A stretch of DNA of 64,000 bases from an uncultured virus (IMG/VR IMGVR_UViG_2061766007_000176) (lineage: Duplodnaviria > Heunggongvirae > Uroviricota > Caudoviricetes), in the IMG/VR virus record IMGVR_UViG_2061766007_000176; one strand, written 5' to 3'. The position numbers and the translations under genes were made by a program. Each line of letters opens with the position of its first letter. The first letter of the stretch is position 1. Of the stretch, positions 44,802 through 58,058 are shown one piece after another. A model generated the notes under the pieces. That model was given only the letters and a program-made list of their open reading frames with translations. It did no database searches and was not told the DNA's origin.

Positions 44802-45209
44802 ATGGCAAAAAGAAAGGGCCGTACCGCAGCTGCTGCGTTACAATACAGTAAAAAGATGAGTAAATTCATCTGTTGGGTTTGGGCGCTATACAGGTTTGGA
44901 GTTTTAATTGCTTCTACTTATTAGCCTGCGTCGGCCTCGGCCTTAGCATCAACATTAGCTAATTTAGATTGGATTATGTTAGTAAATGAAGGCACATATT
45001 TAATTAACTCCTTAGGTGAAAAGTATATATTCAGTGATAAGTTCATATTGAGATGGATTGATAAAGGAGGAGTTAGTGATATGATTGCTCGTCTTAGTGC
45101 AGTGGGCGAAGCTGTAAAGACACAAGACGAATAGGCAGAAGAAGAATTGGGTATAGAAGATGAAGAAGTAACTGGAGGTGAGGAAGATGGCGGAGATTCT
45201 TGCGGCTGA
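44802..45209 (+). CDS. Putative membrane or holin-like protein (TAG=Gln)
   Basis: Basic N-terminus, hydrophobic segments, acidic tail; overlaps the endolysin start; 2 TAG. Confidence 0.55.
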
Positions 45210-45975
45210 TTTAATAGCTAAATTCCAATATGCCTTAGATAATAAGTGGGGCTATATTCTTGGTACTTGGCATACTAAATGGACACAATCATTACAAAAC
45301 CAAAAAGTAAATTATATGGTTAATAAATATGGTAGTGGCTGGAAAACTAGTGAAAGTGCTAAAAAAGACGATTATTATTATGGTGCTTTATATGGCGCGA
45401 AATGGATTGGATAGTGGGTAACAGATTGTTCTGGTTTATTCTACTGGGCATTCAAGGAACTTGGCGGCTATATGTATCATGGTTCTAATACTATGTGGAA
45501 TAAGTACTGTAATAGTAAGGGTAAACTTAATAAGGGTAAACGCGCAGATGGCTAGCCTTTAAAACCAGGAACCGCTGTTTTTGTATTAAAAAATGGTACT
45601 AATCGTTCTCACGTGGGCCTTTATATTGGTAATGATACAGTGATTGAAGCTTCTGGTACTCAATCTGGTGTTATTACTACTAAAATTACTAATACCAAAT
45701 GGTCAGAATGGGGCGAGCTTAAGGGTGTTATTTTTATATCCACTACCACTACTACGACCCCTTCAACTCCTACAACTTCTACTCCTACAACTACAAAGAG
45801 TGCTTTAGTAATTGGAACACGATTGGCTTTACGTTCGGCGCCATCCACCGACGCAACAATTCTCACCCGTGTTAATACAGGCGAGCGCGTTCAATTGCTT
45901 GATGACACAGAATGGGTTAAAGTTAAATATTAGGGTAAAACCGGATATATGATGGCTAAATACCTACAATTTTAA
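45187..45975 (+). CDS. Endolysin: NlpC/P60 peptidase plus SH3b (TAG=Gln)
   Basis: DCSGL and HVGLY catalytic motifs, Thr/Pro linker, LALRSAPST...WVKVKY*GKTGY; 3 TAG. Confidence 0.9.
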
Positions 45976-46096
45976 TACAAGGGCGCATTTGCGCCCTTAT
46001 TTTTTTTATACTTTCAAATAAAAATTGTGGTTTCTCTATAATGTAATTACCTATAAAATAGGGAATGTCCCAATTTAATATGAGGATGTGATAAAC

Positions 46097-46315
46097 ATGG
46101 CATATAAAATGACAAAACGTGGTGCTTTAGATAATGAAACTACTAATGAATTTTTCTGTGATACAACTGATGATTTGGCTAATATTCCATCCAGTGATGT
46201 AAATCTTGGATCTATCGCTGTAGTATTAGACGGAATGTAGGTTTTTATTGCTAATAGTAAAAAACAATGGTAGAGTATGACTCCTATTACGGATGACGAA
46301 ACTACTTCAGTATAA
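46097..46315 (+). CDS. Small hypothetical protein (TAG=Gln)
   Basis: EFFCDTTDDL...GSIA; 2 TAG. Confidence 0.65.
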
Positions 46316-46328
46316 GAGGTGAGCATAT

Positions 46329-48158
46329 ATGGATATTATTGATATTATGCTCGCTAGAGCAATGACTCCACAAGGTTAGACAGAAACTTATGTAAGTATT
46401 GCTAATTCTGCCGCGGCGAAAGCAGAAAAGGCAAAAAATGATGCTGAAGATGCTGTTGCTACTCTTGAGGCTGCCGCCGATGAAGTGGCTGCTGCTAAGA
46501 GTGAGGCATCTGATTTATTATCTAATGCACGTGAAGCTCTTGAAACCGCTCAAGCCGCACAAATTAATTTACCAGAATCATATTCTACTACAGGACAAAA
46601 TACTGATGGTTATATGACTCAAAAAGCTACTACAGATGCGCTCGCACTTAAAGCAGATGCTAGTGCGTTGGCGGCGAAAGCAGATGCAAGCGCGCTTGCT
46701 GGAAAAATGGATAATTTTAACCTAAATGACTATGCTTCTAAATCATATGTTAGTCAGTAGATTAGTAATATTAATATTAATGGTGGTGCAGGGATTCCTA
46801 AATTAAGCGCAGATGACGCTGGTCATTTAGTTAAAATAGATGATGATGGCAGCTTAATTCCTAGCATAGCTACTGATGAAGCTATCATAGAAGCACTTCT
46901 TCAAACAGGTACATATGCGGCACAGGATGCAGTAGGCTTAGATATTGATTATGCTAATCGTTCATTTACTCGTGTTCAAGAAGCAATTGGTAAATCAATG
47001 GGCAATGATTTTAATGCTTATACTATGTATGGTGGCCGTACTCGTTGTAATGTTGCAGATGATGGTACTATCAATGCTTTCTATGGAGATAATAATTATA
47101 CAGAAGATGGTTCTAATGGTCAGGTTATGATTTATCAACCAAAATTCTATTATAAGCGTATTATTAGAGTATCTGATGAATTAACCAAAGGTCGTGCAGT
47201 ACGTCATGAAACATTAATTATTTCCGCTACCGAACAATTAGGTTTCAAACTAGCTCCAATCTTTAAAGGTGACTTAGACTATGTATTATTACCAGCATTT
47301 GATGCAGGATTAGTTAATAGTAAATTAACTTCTATCGCAGGCGTAACTCCAATTAACAATTTAACAATTACTTAGGCAGAAGCTTATGCTAATGCTCGTG
47401 GCACAGGCTGGCATATTATGAATATGGCGGCCGAATCTGCTAATTAGATGTTAGAAATTGTTGAGTTTGGTACTATGAATGGATAGGCCGCAATTGAAAG
47501 TGGTATTACTTATACTCCAGACGGTACGAACGGATAGTGCTTATTCATTACTGGATCTACTTCTAGTTTAGGTAATACTACAGGTCATGCTACGAGTACT
47601 CAAATTAATACTAATGGTACAATCAGTACTATGACAGAAAATGGCAAACGCGCTATTAGCTATCGTGGTATGGAAAATCCTTGGGGTAACTTCTGGTCTA
47701 TGATTGGTGGTATTAATGTTTATGGTAATTCCTATCAAGCGGGCGGAACTCCATATATTTGTACTGACTTCAATTATACTCCAACTACTGTTGGTAATAA
47801 TTATGAAGAAATTGGATTTAACCTTCCATCAGTTTATGGTTGGATTAATGCAATGGGTTATGGTAATGATAAATATGACTGGGTATACATGCCAGCGGAA
47901 TGCTCTACAAACGCGAATAGTTTATTACCAGTTGGTGATGCTCTATGGACTCTTCCAAACTTAAATACAACTACTGTTGTAGCAACGGGTGGTAGCTTTG
48001 GATTTAAAGAAGAGTGTGGACCATTCTATTACGCGGCAGATAGGACTTCTAGTGAAAGCGCGCGCACTAATTATGGCGCAAAATTACTATTTATTCCTAC
48101 AAAAAATGCGATTTATACAGCTAATATTGCTAAATGGAATACTTATATGGGAGAGTGA
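46329..48158 (+). CDS. Tail/receptor-binding-like protein (TAG=Gln, 609 aa)
   Basis: Three fragments in one frame; QVMIYQPKFYYK, SYRGMENPWGNFW. Confidence 0.75.
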
Positions 48159-48163
48159 TTAAT

Positions 48164-48397
48164 ATGAAGGTAAGAAGCACAGTATCGCCACAAGCGATTG
48201 AAATTACTCCTAATTATGTATTAATTGCTTCTAATATCACTCCATATGAAGAAACTGTAGATGGAAGAACAAGTTCGGGTTATGAGTATGAATGTACTCA
48301 ATATACTAAAGATGAATATTTAATTTATCAAAGTCAGTTAATTTCATCTTTATCTCAAGAACTTGCTGCTGCAAAAATCTTATTGGGAGTTGATTGA
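48164..48397 (+). CDS. Small tail-associated hypothetical protein
   Basis: YTKDEYL motif; follows the tail gene. Confidence 0.7.
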   Translation: MKVRSTVSPQAIEITPNYVLIASNITPYEETVDGRTSSGYEYECTQYTKDEYLIYQSQLISSLSQELAAAKILLGVD

Positions 48398-48399
48398 CG

Positions 48400-48804
48400 A
48401 TGACATTAATTGAATTAGCGCGTAAGTTACGCCCCTATATAGAGAAAGCGGCCGCATCTTTATCAGATGAAGATGCGCTTGAAGCAGTAAATTTATTTCC
48501 ATCTTGGGATTCAAACGAAGAAATTTATAGTGTAGGAGATAGAGTATTATATAATGATATTTTATATAAATGTTTACAATCTCATACACCGCAATCTAAT
48601 TGGAATCCTGAAACTGCAACTAGTTTATGGGCAAAAGTTTTAATTCCGGATGCCAATGTTATTCCAGAATGGGAACAACCAAATAGTACTAATGCCTATT
48701 AGATTGGAGATAAAGTAATGTTTGAAGGTCAAGTATATGAAAGTGTTATTGCTAATAATATATGGAGTCCTGCGGCTTATCCAGCAGGATGGCAAGCTAT
48801 TTAA
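48400..48804 (+). CDS. Carbohydrate-binding (CBM5/12-like) protein (TAG=Gln)
   Basis: Two W..Y.VGD.V...Y repeats. Confidence 0.75.
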
Positions 48805-48987
48805 ACATTTGACAAATTACAATTTTAATGATATAATATTATTATAGTATCGGGCTGATGCTTCGCGCCGGTGGTAGATACTATAAAAGTAAGGGGTTGC
48901 CTAATAAGCACCCCTTATTCTTTTTATTTGACTTTCTTTAATTAAATGTGTTATAATATAATTAGAGAAAAATAGGAGGTGAGTTAA

Positions 48988-51984
48988 GTGGCTTCTGGAA
49001 GCTTTGATTTAACTACCTATTATGCAAAACGAATTATTGGTGATGCTAACGCTAATACCGCGGCAACAGCATTATTATAGACTGGTACTGGAGTAACTGC
49101 AGATACGTGGATTATAAGCAGAACTAATAGGTCTACGGATTATGGTATTTTTTATAATTATGATGCGACCGATGGTGATACTATTGAGTTTGTAGGAGGA
49201 GATCCTACTAGTACTACTACAGCTTGGATTAAATTAGATGATGGATCAGCTTCTTTTAGTGGAAATACTTTAATTGGTGGAACATTAGAAGTAACAGGAG
49301 CAACTAGTTTAAGTGGTCTTAGTATAAGTGGAAACGCAACTATTGGAGGAACATTAGGTATTACTGGTGCCACGAGTCTTAGCAGTTTAACTACATCTGG
49401 AAATACAGCTGTTCAAGGGACATTAACTGTAACAAGTACAACAATATTAAATAATACATTATCAGTTAGTGGTAATGCTACATTTAATGATATATATTTA
49501 AATAGTGATAAAGATATATATATGAATTATAATAGTACTAATTACTTAGTATTATTAAATGATAATAATGGTAATATTGGATTATAGGCCGCGACCGGAA
49601 CATTAAAAATAGGATATTTAAATACATCTACTATAGCTTTATATTCATCTAATACATCAACACAAACTGAATTTTTTGAAATTAATTCTAATGGCGCTTA
49701 TGCTCTTACAAGATTTGGTGTTAATGGATAGGATACGGGTTATACATTATATGTTAATGGAACAGCCAATATTACAGGTAATACTACTATTGGTGGAACA
49801 TTGGGAGTAACTAGCGCGACTAGTTTAAGCAGTTTAAGTACATCAGGAGATACAACTATTGGTGGTACACTTGGTGTCACGGGCGCGACTTCTCTAAGTA
49901 GTCTTAGTACATCAGGTAGTGCTATTATTGGTACTACATTAAGTGTAACAGGAGCAGCTATATTAAGCAGTACTTTAGATGTTACTGACACAACTACACT
50001 AAACAGTACATTAGACGTATCTGGAGCCACTACAATCTCCAATGATGTTTATATAGCTCAAATTACAGATGTCAGTAGTACTAATAAAGCTGGCTCATTA
50101 ATCATTGGTTCAAAAAATAGTAAGAATTTAGCTTTTGATAGTGATGAAATTATGGCACGCGATGGTGATGCCAGTAATGGGTATACATCTAATTTAAATT
50201 TAAATATAGACGCAAGTAGTGATACTGATCATTTAGCTACAGTTACTATAGGTAATGATTCAGATAGTAATGCTTATGTAAATATAAGATATGTAACAGC
50301 AATAGACAATTCTACTTCTACCGGTTTAACCGGCGCACTTTAGGTCGCAGGAGGAGCAGGATTTGCTAAAGATATTATTATAAAAGGATGGGCGCGATCT
50401 ATAGGAGAAACAGGTTGGTATAATCAGACTTATGGCGGTGGATGGTATATGCCAGAGACCGATACGACTAATCACACTGGCGCATATGTAAAAATGTGTG
50501 GTAATAAACAATTATTGATTAGTTCCAATCATACAACTAGTTCTGATAATTTATCAAGTCAATTAATTGTTAGTTCAATTTCATATTCGAGTGCTCTTGC
50601 GACAACGAGCGGTCAAGCAGTGGGTATTGAATTGTGGAGAGGAAGTAACGCTTCTTGGCAAATTATTAATGATGGTGGTAATTTACATTTTAAAAATAAT
50701 TATACTACTTCAAAACAGTCCACTTATACTCAAGATAGTGTAACTATTGCATATAATACGGGTAATACAACTATTGCAGGTACATTAACTACAAAAGATA
50801 ATATTATTATATAGACTGAAGGCGCAACCGCAGATAATGTATATGCTGGTATTAGTCTTCGTGTTAAAGACACAACAACCAATCAAAATTAGACTAGTAG
50901 TTATATTCGTGCTTACAATAAACACCTTACAAATAATGATGGTATGAATTTACTTATATAGTCAGGCGCGGCAATAATTATTGGCGCGGGTGAGTCGGCT
51001 GGGGACTATTATTCTGAAAAATATACAGCTAGTAGTACTTGGGGTCCTGAAAGTTTATATTTATTAGCAGATACATCAATCTTTTTATATGCTGGCGCCA
51101 ATACTATTACTAATCGTGCCGGTATAGCTATTGGTAGCACTGGTAATATATTACCATATAAAAATGATGCCGCCAATAATAATGCACAAAATCTAGGTGC
51201 TTCTGATAATAAATGGGCAAACGTTTATGCTACTACATTTACTGGAGATCTTAGTGGTAACTCTGCTACTGCGACGGCATTAACAACCAATGCCGGTGAT
51301 GCAAACACTCCAGTTTACTTCACGGGAGGTAAACCATCGGCATGTAATGCTAAACTGGGCGCGAAAGAAGCAAATAGTTATTGGGGTATGTGTTCTGGAG
51401 CAAATTCAGATACAGTTTATATCAGAACCACTACAAAAGGTTTACTTCCTTATGAAAGCGGTGGATCTGGTAGTGGCCATGGTAATATTGGTACATCTTC
51501 ATGGCGCTTTTCCGCAGCTTATATAGATACTGTTACTACGAATAAAACTTATGGTGCTGTTTGGAACGATATTGCAGAATGTCGTAAAGCTACCATTACA
51601 GAACCTGGACGCGTAGTAGTAGAAAATAAATTTGGTGCGATGGAGTTAGCTTCTCAACGATTACAGCCTACTGGTAGAATTATATCGGATACATATGGTT
51701 ATTGTATGGGTGATCCATCAATCAATGATGTGCCAATAGCCATTGCAGGTCGTGTTCTTGTATATCCATATCGTGATCCTAGTAAGTATTCATTAGGCGA
51801 TTGCGTCTGCGCCGCGCCAAATGGAACTGTTGATATTATGACAAGAAAAGAGATTCAAAAATATCCGGACCGAATTATTGGTATAGTGAGTGAAATTCCA
51901 AATTATGAAGTGTGGTCTGGTGGCGCGCAAAATGGTAATGATGATATTCAAGTTAAGGATCGAATTTGGATTTATATTCGCTAA
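48988..51984 (+). CDS. Tail fibre, 998 aa, with repeats and a probable C-terminal intramolecular chaperone (TAG=Gln)
   Basis: GTG start after GGAGGTG; GGTLGVTGATSLSSLSTSG repeats; GAVWNDIAE. Confidence 0.8.
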
Positions 51985-52413
51985 TGTTTGACTCTTATAA
52001 TCTAATATTTGACTTTTTCTAAAATTTGGTGTATAATAAATATGTAAGGAAGAGAAAAAGAATAAAAAAGAAGTTAAAGATTAACTTCAATTAACTATGG
52101 CTCCAAGATTTCACCTGCCCCGGTGAAAAAACACGGTTTGGGTGGAACGGTATATATTTGGGTGAAAAGGTTATTCCTGGGAAGATAAGTGCGATTTAAA
52201 AATCGCACTTATTTTTTTTACCTGTACGAAAAAAATTATATGATTTTATTGAGATTCTTCTACATATTCTATGTTAAGAGGATTCTAAAAACTTATTACG
52301 TTCTACTCCCCAAGAAGAGCGTGTAAGGATCCGACACGGTTTAGTAATATTTGCGTAGAAATAATAGGTTGTTATTTCATCTTAACAAATATTATATTTA
52401 TGAGGTGATACAC

Positions 52414-53037
52414 ATGGGTGAAAACGGTTTAACAGCATCTGATGTTGCCTTAATGTCTCGCGATGGCGATGGCTGGGGTAACGGCTGGGGCGGAATGATT
52501 TGGCTTTTCGCTATCTTAGCTATGATGGGCGGTGGTTTCGGCTGGAATAATGGCGGTAATGGTAATGCTATTNNNNNNNNNNNNNNNNNNNNNNNNNNNN
52601 NNNNNNNNNNNNCACGTGATATTCTTGCGGCAGTAACGGCCGGAACCGCGCAAGCGGTAGCAACGACTAATCAAGTATATCATGATGTAGTTGGCTATGT
52701 AGGTGATAAGTATGATGAACTTCAGCGTGATATTGCTGGTCTAGCAGTTGGTCAAGCCAATCTTTTAGCACATTAGAATGAATGTTGCTGTGGCATTTCC
52801 CGTCAGTTAATGTAGAATAATTATGATGCTGCTCTTCGTGATGCAGCAACCAATGCTAACTTTACGGCACAAATCCAGGGTGTTAAAGATCTAATTGCTC
52901 AGGATAAGATGGAAGCAATGCAGAATCGCATTAATCAACTTGAGCTACAGAATGCCCTCGCGGGCGTAGTCCGCTATCCGAATGGATGGACTTACAATGC
53001 CGGAAATTCTCCTTTCTGTGGAGGATGTAATATGTAA
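52414..53037 (+). CDS. Gly-rich membrane/coiled-coil hypothetical protein (TAG=Gln; N gap)
   Basis: RBS GAGGTG; reads through H*NECC to TAA. Confidence 0.75.
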
Positions 53038-53116
53038 TCCGAGTGTATTGAGTACACCAAACATATGAGAGGACGTACTTAGTACGTCCTCTTTTTTTAT
53101 TATAGGAGGAATGGTT

Positions 53117-53530
53117 ATGTTACAAATTTATTCTAATAATTTAACGGTTGCTGCCAATACAGTATTTCCTTTTAATAATGTAGTATTAGATAAAGGATGT
53201 GCAGAAGTACTTAGCGCGCCAGCAACTATTCAATTAAATTAGCGTGGTGTTTACTTAGTAGAAATGGATGGTTTTGCTACTCCAGAAGCAGCGACAGAAG
53301 TATCTGTTCAACTAATAGTTAATGGAGTTCCACAACCACAGGCAATTTCTAGCTTTGTTCCCGCATCAGTAACAGATACTCGTACATTTGGATTTAAAAC
53401 TTTTGTACGCGTACTTGAAAATAATTGTAATTGTAATTGTTTAACAAGTCCAACAACTTTACAATTTATGAATGGCAGCACAGAAATTAGTGATGCCCAT
53501 ATTAATGTAGTTGTAACCAAAATTAGATAA
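53117..53530 (+). CDS. Beta-rich hypothetical protein (TAG=Gln)
   Basis: RBS AGGAGG; 1 TAG. Confidence 0.7.
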
Positions 53531-53575
53531 CATGGGCGGGCGCAAGCCCGCCTTTCTTTTTAAGGAGGAATTGTT

Positions 53576-54127
53576 ATGACAATTGAAGAGATTTTTAATA
53601 AATTAGCTTCTCATATGTGCGAAGGAGTAAGATTTCATGATGAGACGGCAAAAGCATATGATTATTTAAATTTTGAAGGTTTATATAAGTGTCATATATA
53701 TCATGCAACAGAAGAAAAACATGGTTTCTTGCTTCTATCTCATTATTATATGACTCACTATTTTAAATTATTATAGTTAGAAAATATACCTGATTCTAAA
53801 TTAATACCTGACACTTGGTATAAATATACAACTTAGGTTGTAGATGGTGGCACAAAACGTAATGCCATTAAAGAATTAATGGAAAAATGGATTAAATGGG
53901 AACAAGAAACTAAAAAATTATATGAACAAATGCGGCGCGAACTTTATGAATTAGGTGAAACTGCCGCGGTTTTATATATAGATACATACATCGATGATGT
54001 TGATAAGGAACTAGTTGATGCTCAAAAGAAATTAAATCGACTAGAAACTATAGGATATGATCTCATAGAGATTACAAACTGGTAGGAACATTTATATAAA
54101 AAATATACTAAAAAACTTGGGTGGTGA
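53576..54127 (+). CDS. Ferritin-like fold protein (TAG=Gln)
   Basis: HATEE.H, WEQETKKLYE, DVDKEL; 3 TAG. Confidence 0.6.
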
Positions 54128-54132
54128 TACCT

Positions 54133-54513
54133 ATGATTAGATTAATACAGCGTCGCTTGATTATACCGCAGGGAGACACTGGCACTTTTACTATTCCTAT
54201 TTAGGGTACAATGGGTGAAAATGATAAGGCAATACTATCTATCTATGATCCATTAACATAGAAAACTCTACTTAATAAATTGGGTACTGTAGATAGTAAT
54301 AACAATGTTCTTAATTTCAATTTCATTCCAGAAGATACTCTTCAAATCGAACCAAGTAAAAGATACCTTTGGGATATTACAATCTATCGTAACGCATTAT
54401 ATGATTCTGAAAATCAAAAAATAAATCATGCGGATATAGTAGATTCCTATTATGCGGCATTTAAGCTTCCGACCTGCGAAATAAGGGCGGTGACTTCAGA
54501 TGTTCAAAAGTAA
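54133..54513 (+). CDS. Baseplate-upper-like hypothetical protein (TAG=Gln)
   Basis: IPQGDTG...PEDT...YLWDI. Confidence 0.6.
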
Positions 54514-54979
54514 TAGAGAGCGCACACGCGACTTATTATTAGAATACGATATTCGTATTATGCCGCCTCGTCCGCGCGCAGCAGGACTGGCGATGGTGTA
54601 TCCTTGGTTAAACAGTAATACTGCTGACCAAGGCTGGGTAGATATTCCACCAATTCCAGATACTCCAGAATTCCAAGTGGTATATCCTTGGGAATCTATT
54701 GGACTTAGTATTCTCGGAGATTAGATTTATATGCTGGCTGCGAACAGTGGTTATACTGGAACTCGTGAAGATTTCCATCGTTATTTTGGCACATATCTTA
54801 ATGATAATAAGTGGGAAATTCTATTTGAAAGTTATAACAATTTCCCAGAAATTGGTGCAATAGATAAATTATATTTTGATTTAGATGAAAATATATTATA
54901 TTATTGGGATGAAACTGAATATAAACCCGTTAATGCTATGCTAATTACTAATACCATTTTAAATGGAGGTGACGCTTAA
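54500..54979 (+). CDS. Virion-associated hypothetical protein (TAG=Gln)
   Basis: Two fragments joined by one TAG. Confidence 0.7.
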
Positions 54980-55689
54980 TGGCAACTAATTCTGTAAAAG
55001 TTACATTATAGATTCGTCACGATGAAGCGGCAGATTGGGTAACAAGAAATCCAATTTTAGCATAGGGCGAATATGGTTTGGAAACTAATACTTTTCTTAT
55101 TAAAGTAGGTGATGGAGTTCGTGATTGGACACATTTACCCTATCTAAATAAATTAGATAGTACATATTTCAAATGGAATACTGATGGTACAATTACTTTT
55201 AGCGATGAATTTGCTCAAACCATTAGTAATATTATAATAAATGCTGGTGGGTCTACAAAGATTGTTATATCAGATGATCCTGTAGAAGAAACCGATCCAA
55301 TTAATTTACGCTATTTATAGGAAGCAATATAGACAGCCATTCTTAACGCGCATCATCTTAAACGATAGGTTGTAGAATATTTACCATCTGCCGCAAGCGC
55401 TGATGTAGATACCCTATATATGGTTCTCGCGCAATCCGGAGATCATTATGAAGAATATATGGCTATTAATGGTGTTTGGGATATGGTAGGTTCTACAGGT
55501 GATGGAGGCTCTGGTATTTTTCAACTAGAGGTTGCAACGGAAGCTCGCTTAGGCGGAGTTCGAGCGTCTCAATTAGCTGATCAAATTAATGTAAATGCTG
55601 AAGGTATTATGACATTAAATTAGGTTGCAACAACTAAATTATACGTTCCAACAGGAGATACTTTTATTATCTATGGCGGCAGTGCTTAA
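54979..55689 (+). CDS. Mtd_N-like domain tail protein (TAG=Gln)
   Basis: L*IRHDEAADW..NPILA*GE...KVGDG...W..LPY. Confidence 0.75.
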
Positions 55690-55703
55690 AGGAGGTGAGC
55701 TAA

Positions 55704-57527
55704 ATGGCGGAACATATGATTGAATCTAGAATTTTGTTACGCTATGACACCTTGGATCATTGGATGAACAGTACTGTTATTCTAAAGCAGGGAGAAGCAG
55801 CTATTGCCGCGTCCACTTTTGATTATACTATTGAAGATACAAATCATCGACCAGCACATACTCCACCTGCTATTGGTATTAAAATTGGTGATGGATATCA
55901 TTATTTTTCAGAATTGCCTTGGGTTCAAGCAGTTGCTGGTGATGTATATAATTGGGCTAAACAACAAACAAAACCGCAATATACCGCAAATGAAATTTCT
56001 GGACTAATATCACTTATATAGTAGTGTATATAGGAAGCAGGCGGCGGAAGCGGTTCTGGCTCTGGTCCAGTTACTGTTGAGGCTCGTGCCTATCGTTTAA
56101 CATAGGGAACTGGTAGTAATACTAATAAATATTACTTATAGTCTAAGGGTGCGAATGATGAAGATTGGGTTACAGATGAATTACATTATGTAGATTTAAC
56201 CCAGTTAGCTAATGTTTTAGAATGGCTAGGGCCTGGTATCGATGATTATTGGAATATTACTGGTTTTACTGTAGATAAATTAAATGCGCGCTTATAGCAA
56301 TTAAATTACACAGATAATACAACTAATAATACAGTGGTTACTGCTGTTAATCAAATAAATGGCCAAATTAGCGTTTCTCGTGGATCAGTTAATACTAATA
56401 TGATTGATGGCGTTTTAGATGTTGAACATGGAGGCACCGGTAAAAGTTCATTAGAATATGATTCTATATTAGTAGGTAATGGAACCGGCGCGATACAAAC
56501 TCGACCTATTGAAACTATTTTAATCAATGATAATAATTTTGCTACTAATCGTGCTATTATTAATTATATTGAAAACGCTACAGCTGGTCTTACCGGTGCT
56601 ATGCACTTCATAGGTGAAGCTACTGTAGAAATAACGAATGGTTCCCCCGTCAATCCTCGCATTGAGGGATATAATTTTTCTTTAGCGGAATTAGGAGATG
56701 TTATTTTATTTAATTCAGCTGAATATGTTTGGACCGGAGTAAATTGGCGCTTACTAGGTGATGAAGGTAGTTATGCGATTAAAGGCTCAATACGTAATGT
56801 TGATATTGCTGATGATGCTAATATTTCTCCTTCTAAAATTGCTAATTTAGTTACAACTTTAGATTCTAAAGTAGATAAACAAGATGGAAAATCATTAAGT
56901 ACAAATGATTTTACCAACGATTATAAAAATAAACTTGATAATATTGAAGATGAAGCCTAGCGTAATATTATTGAGCACGTATATGTAAATGGCACTGAAG
57001 TACTTCCATCTACTATTGATGGAAATCCTAATTCTTTAGGATTACGTGTGAGTGCCTTAACGCCAGAAGAAGAAGAAAAAATCGCTGGAATTGAGGCCCA
57101 CGCGCAAGTAAATAAAATTGAACATATATTTCTAAATGAAAATGAATTAAATATAGGTACAGTAAAAAATTTAGCTAAATCTGTAAATATTTAGTTAAAT
57201 GAATTTACTAATGCTGAAAAAGAAAAACTAGCTGGAATAGAAAATGGCGCTCAAGTTAATAAAATTGAGACTATTAATATTAATGGTACAGATTATACTC
57301 CTAATAATAATAAAGAAATTTAGATTACTATTGACTAGGCCGCTTTAAATCTAAATGTTCTTGAAGGCGCGAGATATCCCTCTGGAAATAATCAATATAC
57401 TGATGTAGATATTACAAATAAGAAATTAGAATTAAGTAAAGTTGCGGCAACAGGCAATATTAATGATCTAGTACAACCTTCTGGCTATGTTATATTTAAT
57501 TGTGGTAGTAGCACAGAAGTTATTTAA
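55704..57527 (+). CDS. Mtd_N-like domain tail protein (TAG=Gln, 607 aa)
   Basis: KIGDG..FSELPW; KVDKQDGKSLSTNDFT; AQVNKIE repeats. Confidence 0.75.
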
Positions 57528-57546
57528 ATAATAAGGAGGAATGAAT

Positions 57547-58053
57547 ATGCCACAATATAATACACGCATATAGTTAAAAAGCGATACTGAGGCGAATTGG
57601 AATAAAGTTCCAAATTTCGTTCCTCTTGATGGGGAATTTATTATTTATTCAGTCGATAATGAGCATTCTTATTGTCGTTTAAAAGTTGGCGATGGCACAA
57701 CAACAATATCAAATTTATCTTTTATAGATTCGGGTACTATTAATGGTGAAGAGGTAGAAATAGTTAAAAAAGTAACTTTTAGTCAATTTCCATAGCCTGG
57801 ATCATCAGATAAATTATACATAGATTTATCAACTAATCGTATTTATCATTATGATACCTATAATGGATATGCACAACTATCAAATTTTTCTTTTGAAGTT
57901 ACAAAAACAGCGACATCTATTATTAATAGATGGAGTGCCGGTACTGTTACTACGGCGTCGGTTAATGATAATATATTAAGTATAAAAAATGGCTTAATAC
58001 CAGAATTATCTTATCAAAATATATAGGTAGTAAGTGATATACAAAGGGAGTGA
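57547..58053 (+). CDS. Mtd_N-like domain protein (TAG=Gln)
   Basis: RI*LKSDTEANW...PLDGE...KVGDG. Confidence 0.7.
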
Positions 58054-58058
58054 GTTAA

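Noticed and set aside
46329..48158. Diversity-generating retroelement target (lectin-like C-terminus; Mtd_N-like domains elsewhere)
   Set aside because: No reverse transcriptase and no template/variable repeat pair seen in this window
4951..52612. Poly-G runs and N gaps as biological features
   Set aside because: Probable assembly or sequencing artefacts at hairpins; contents cannot be assessed
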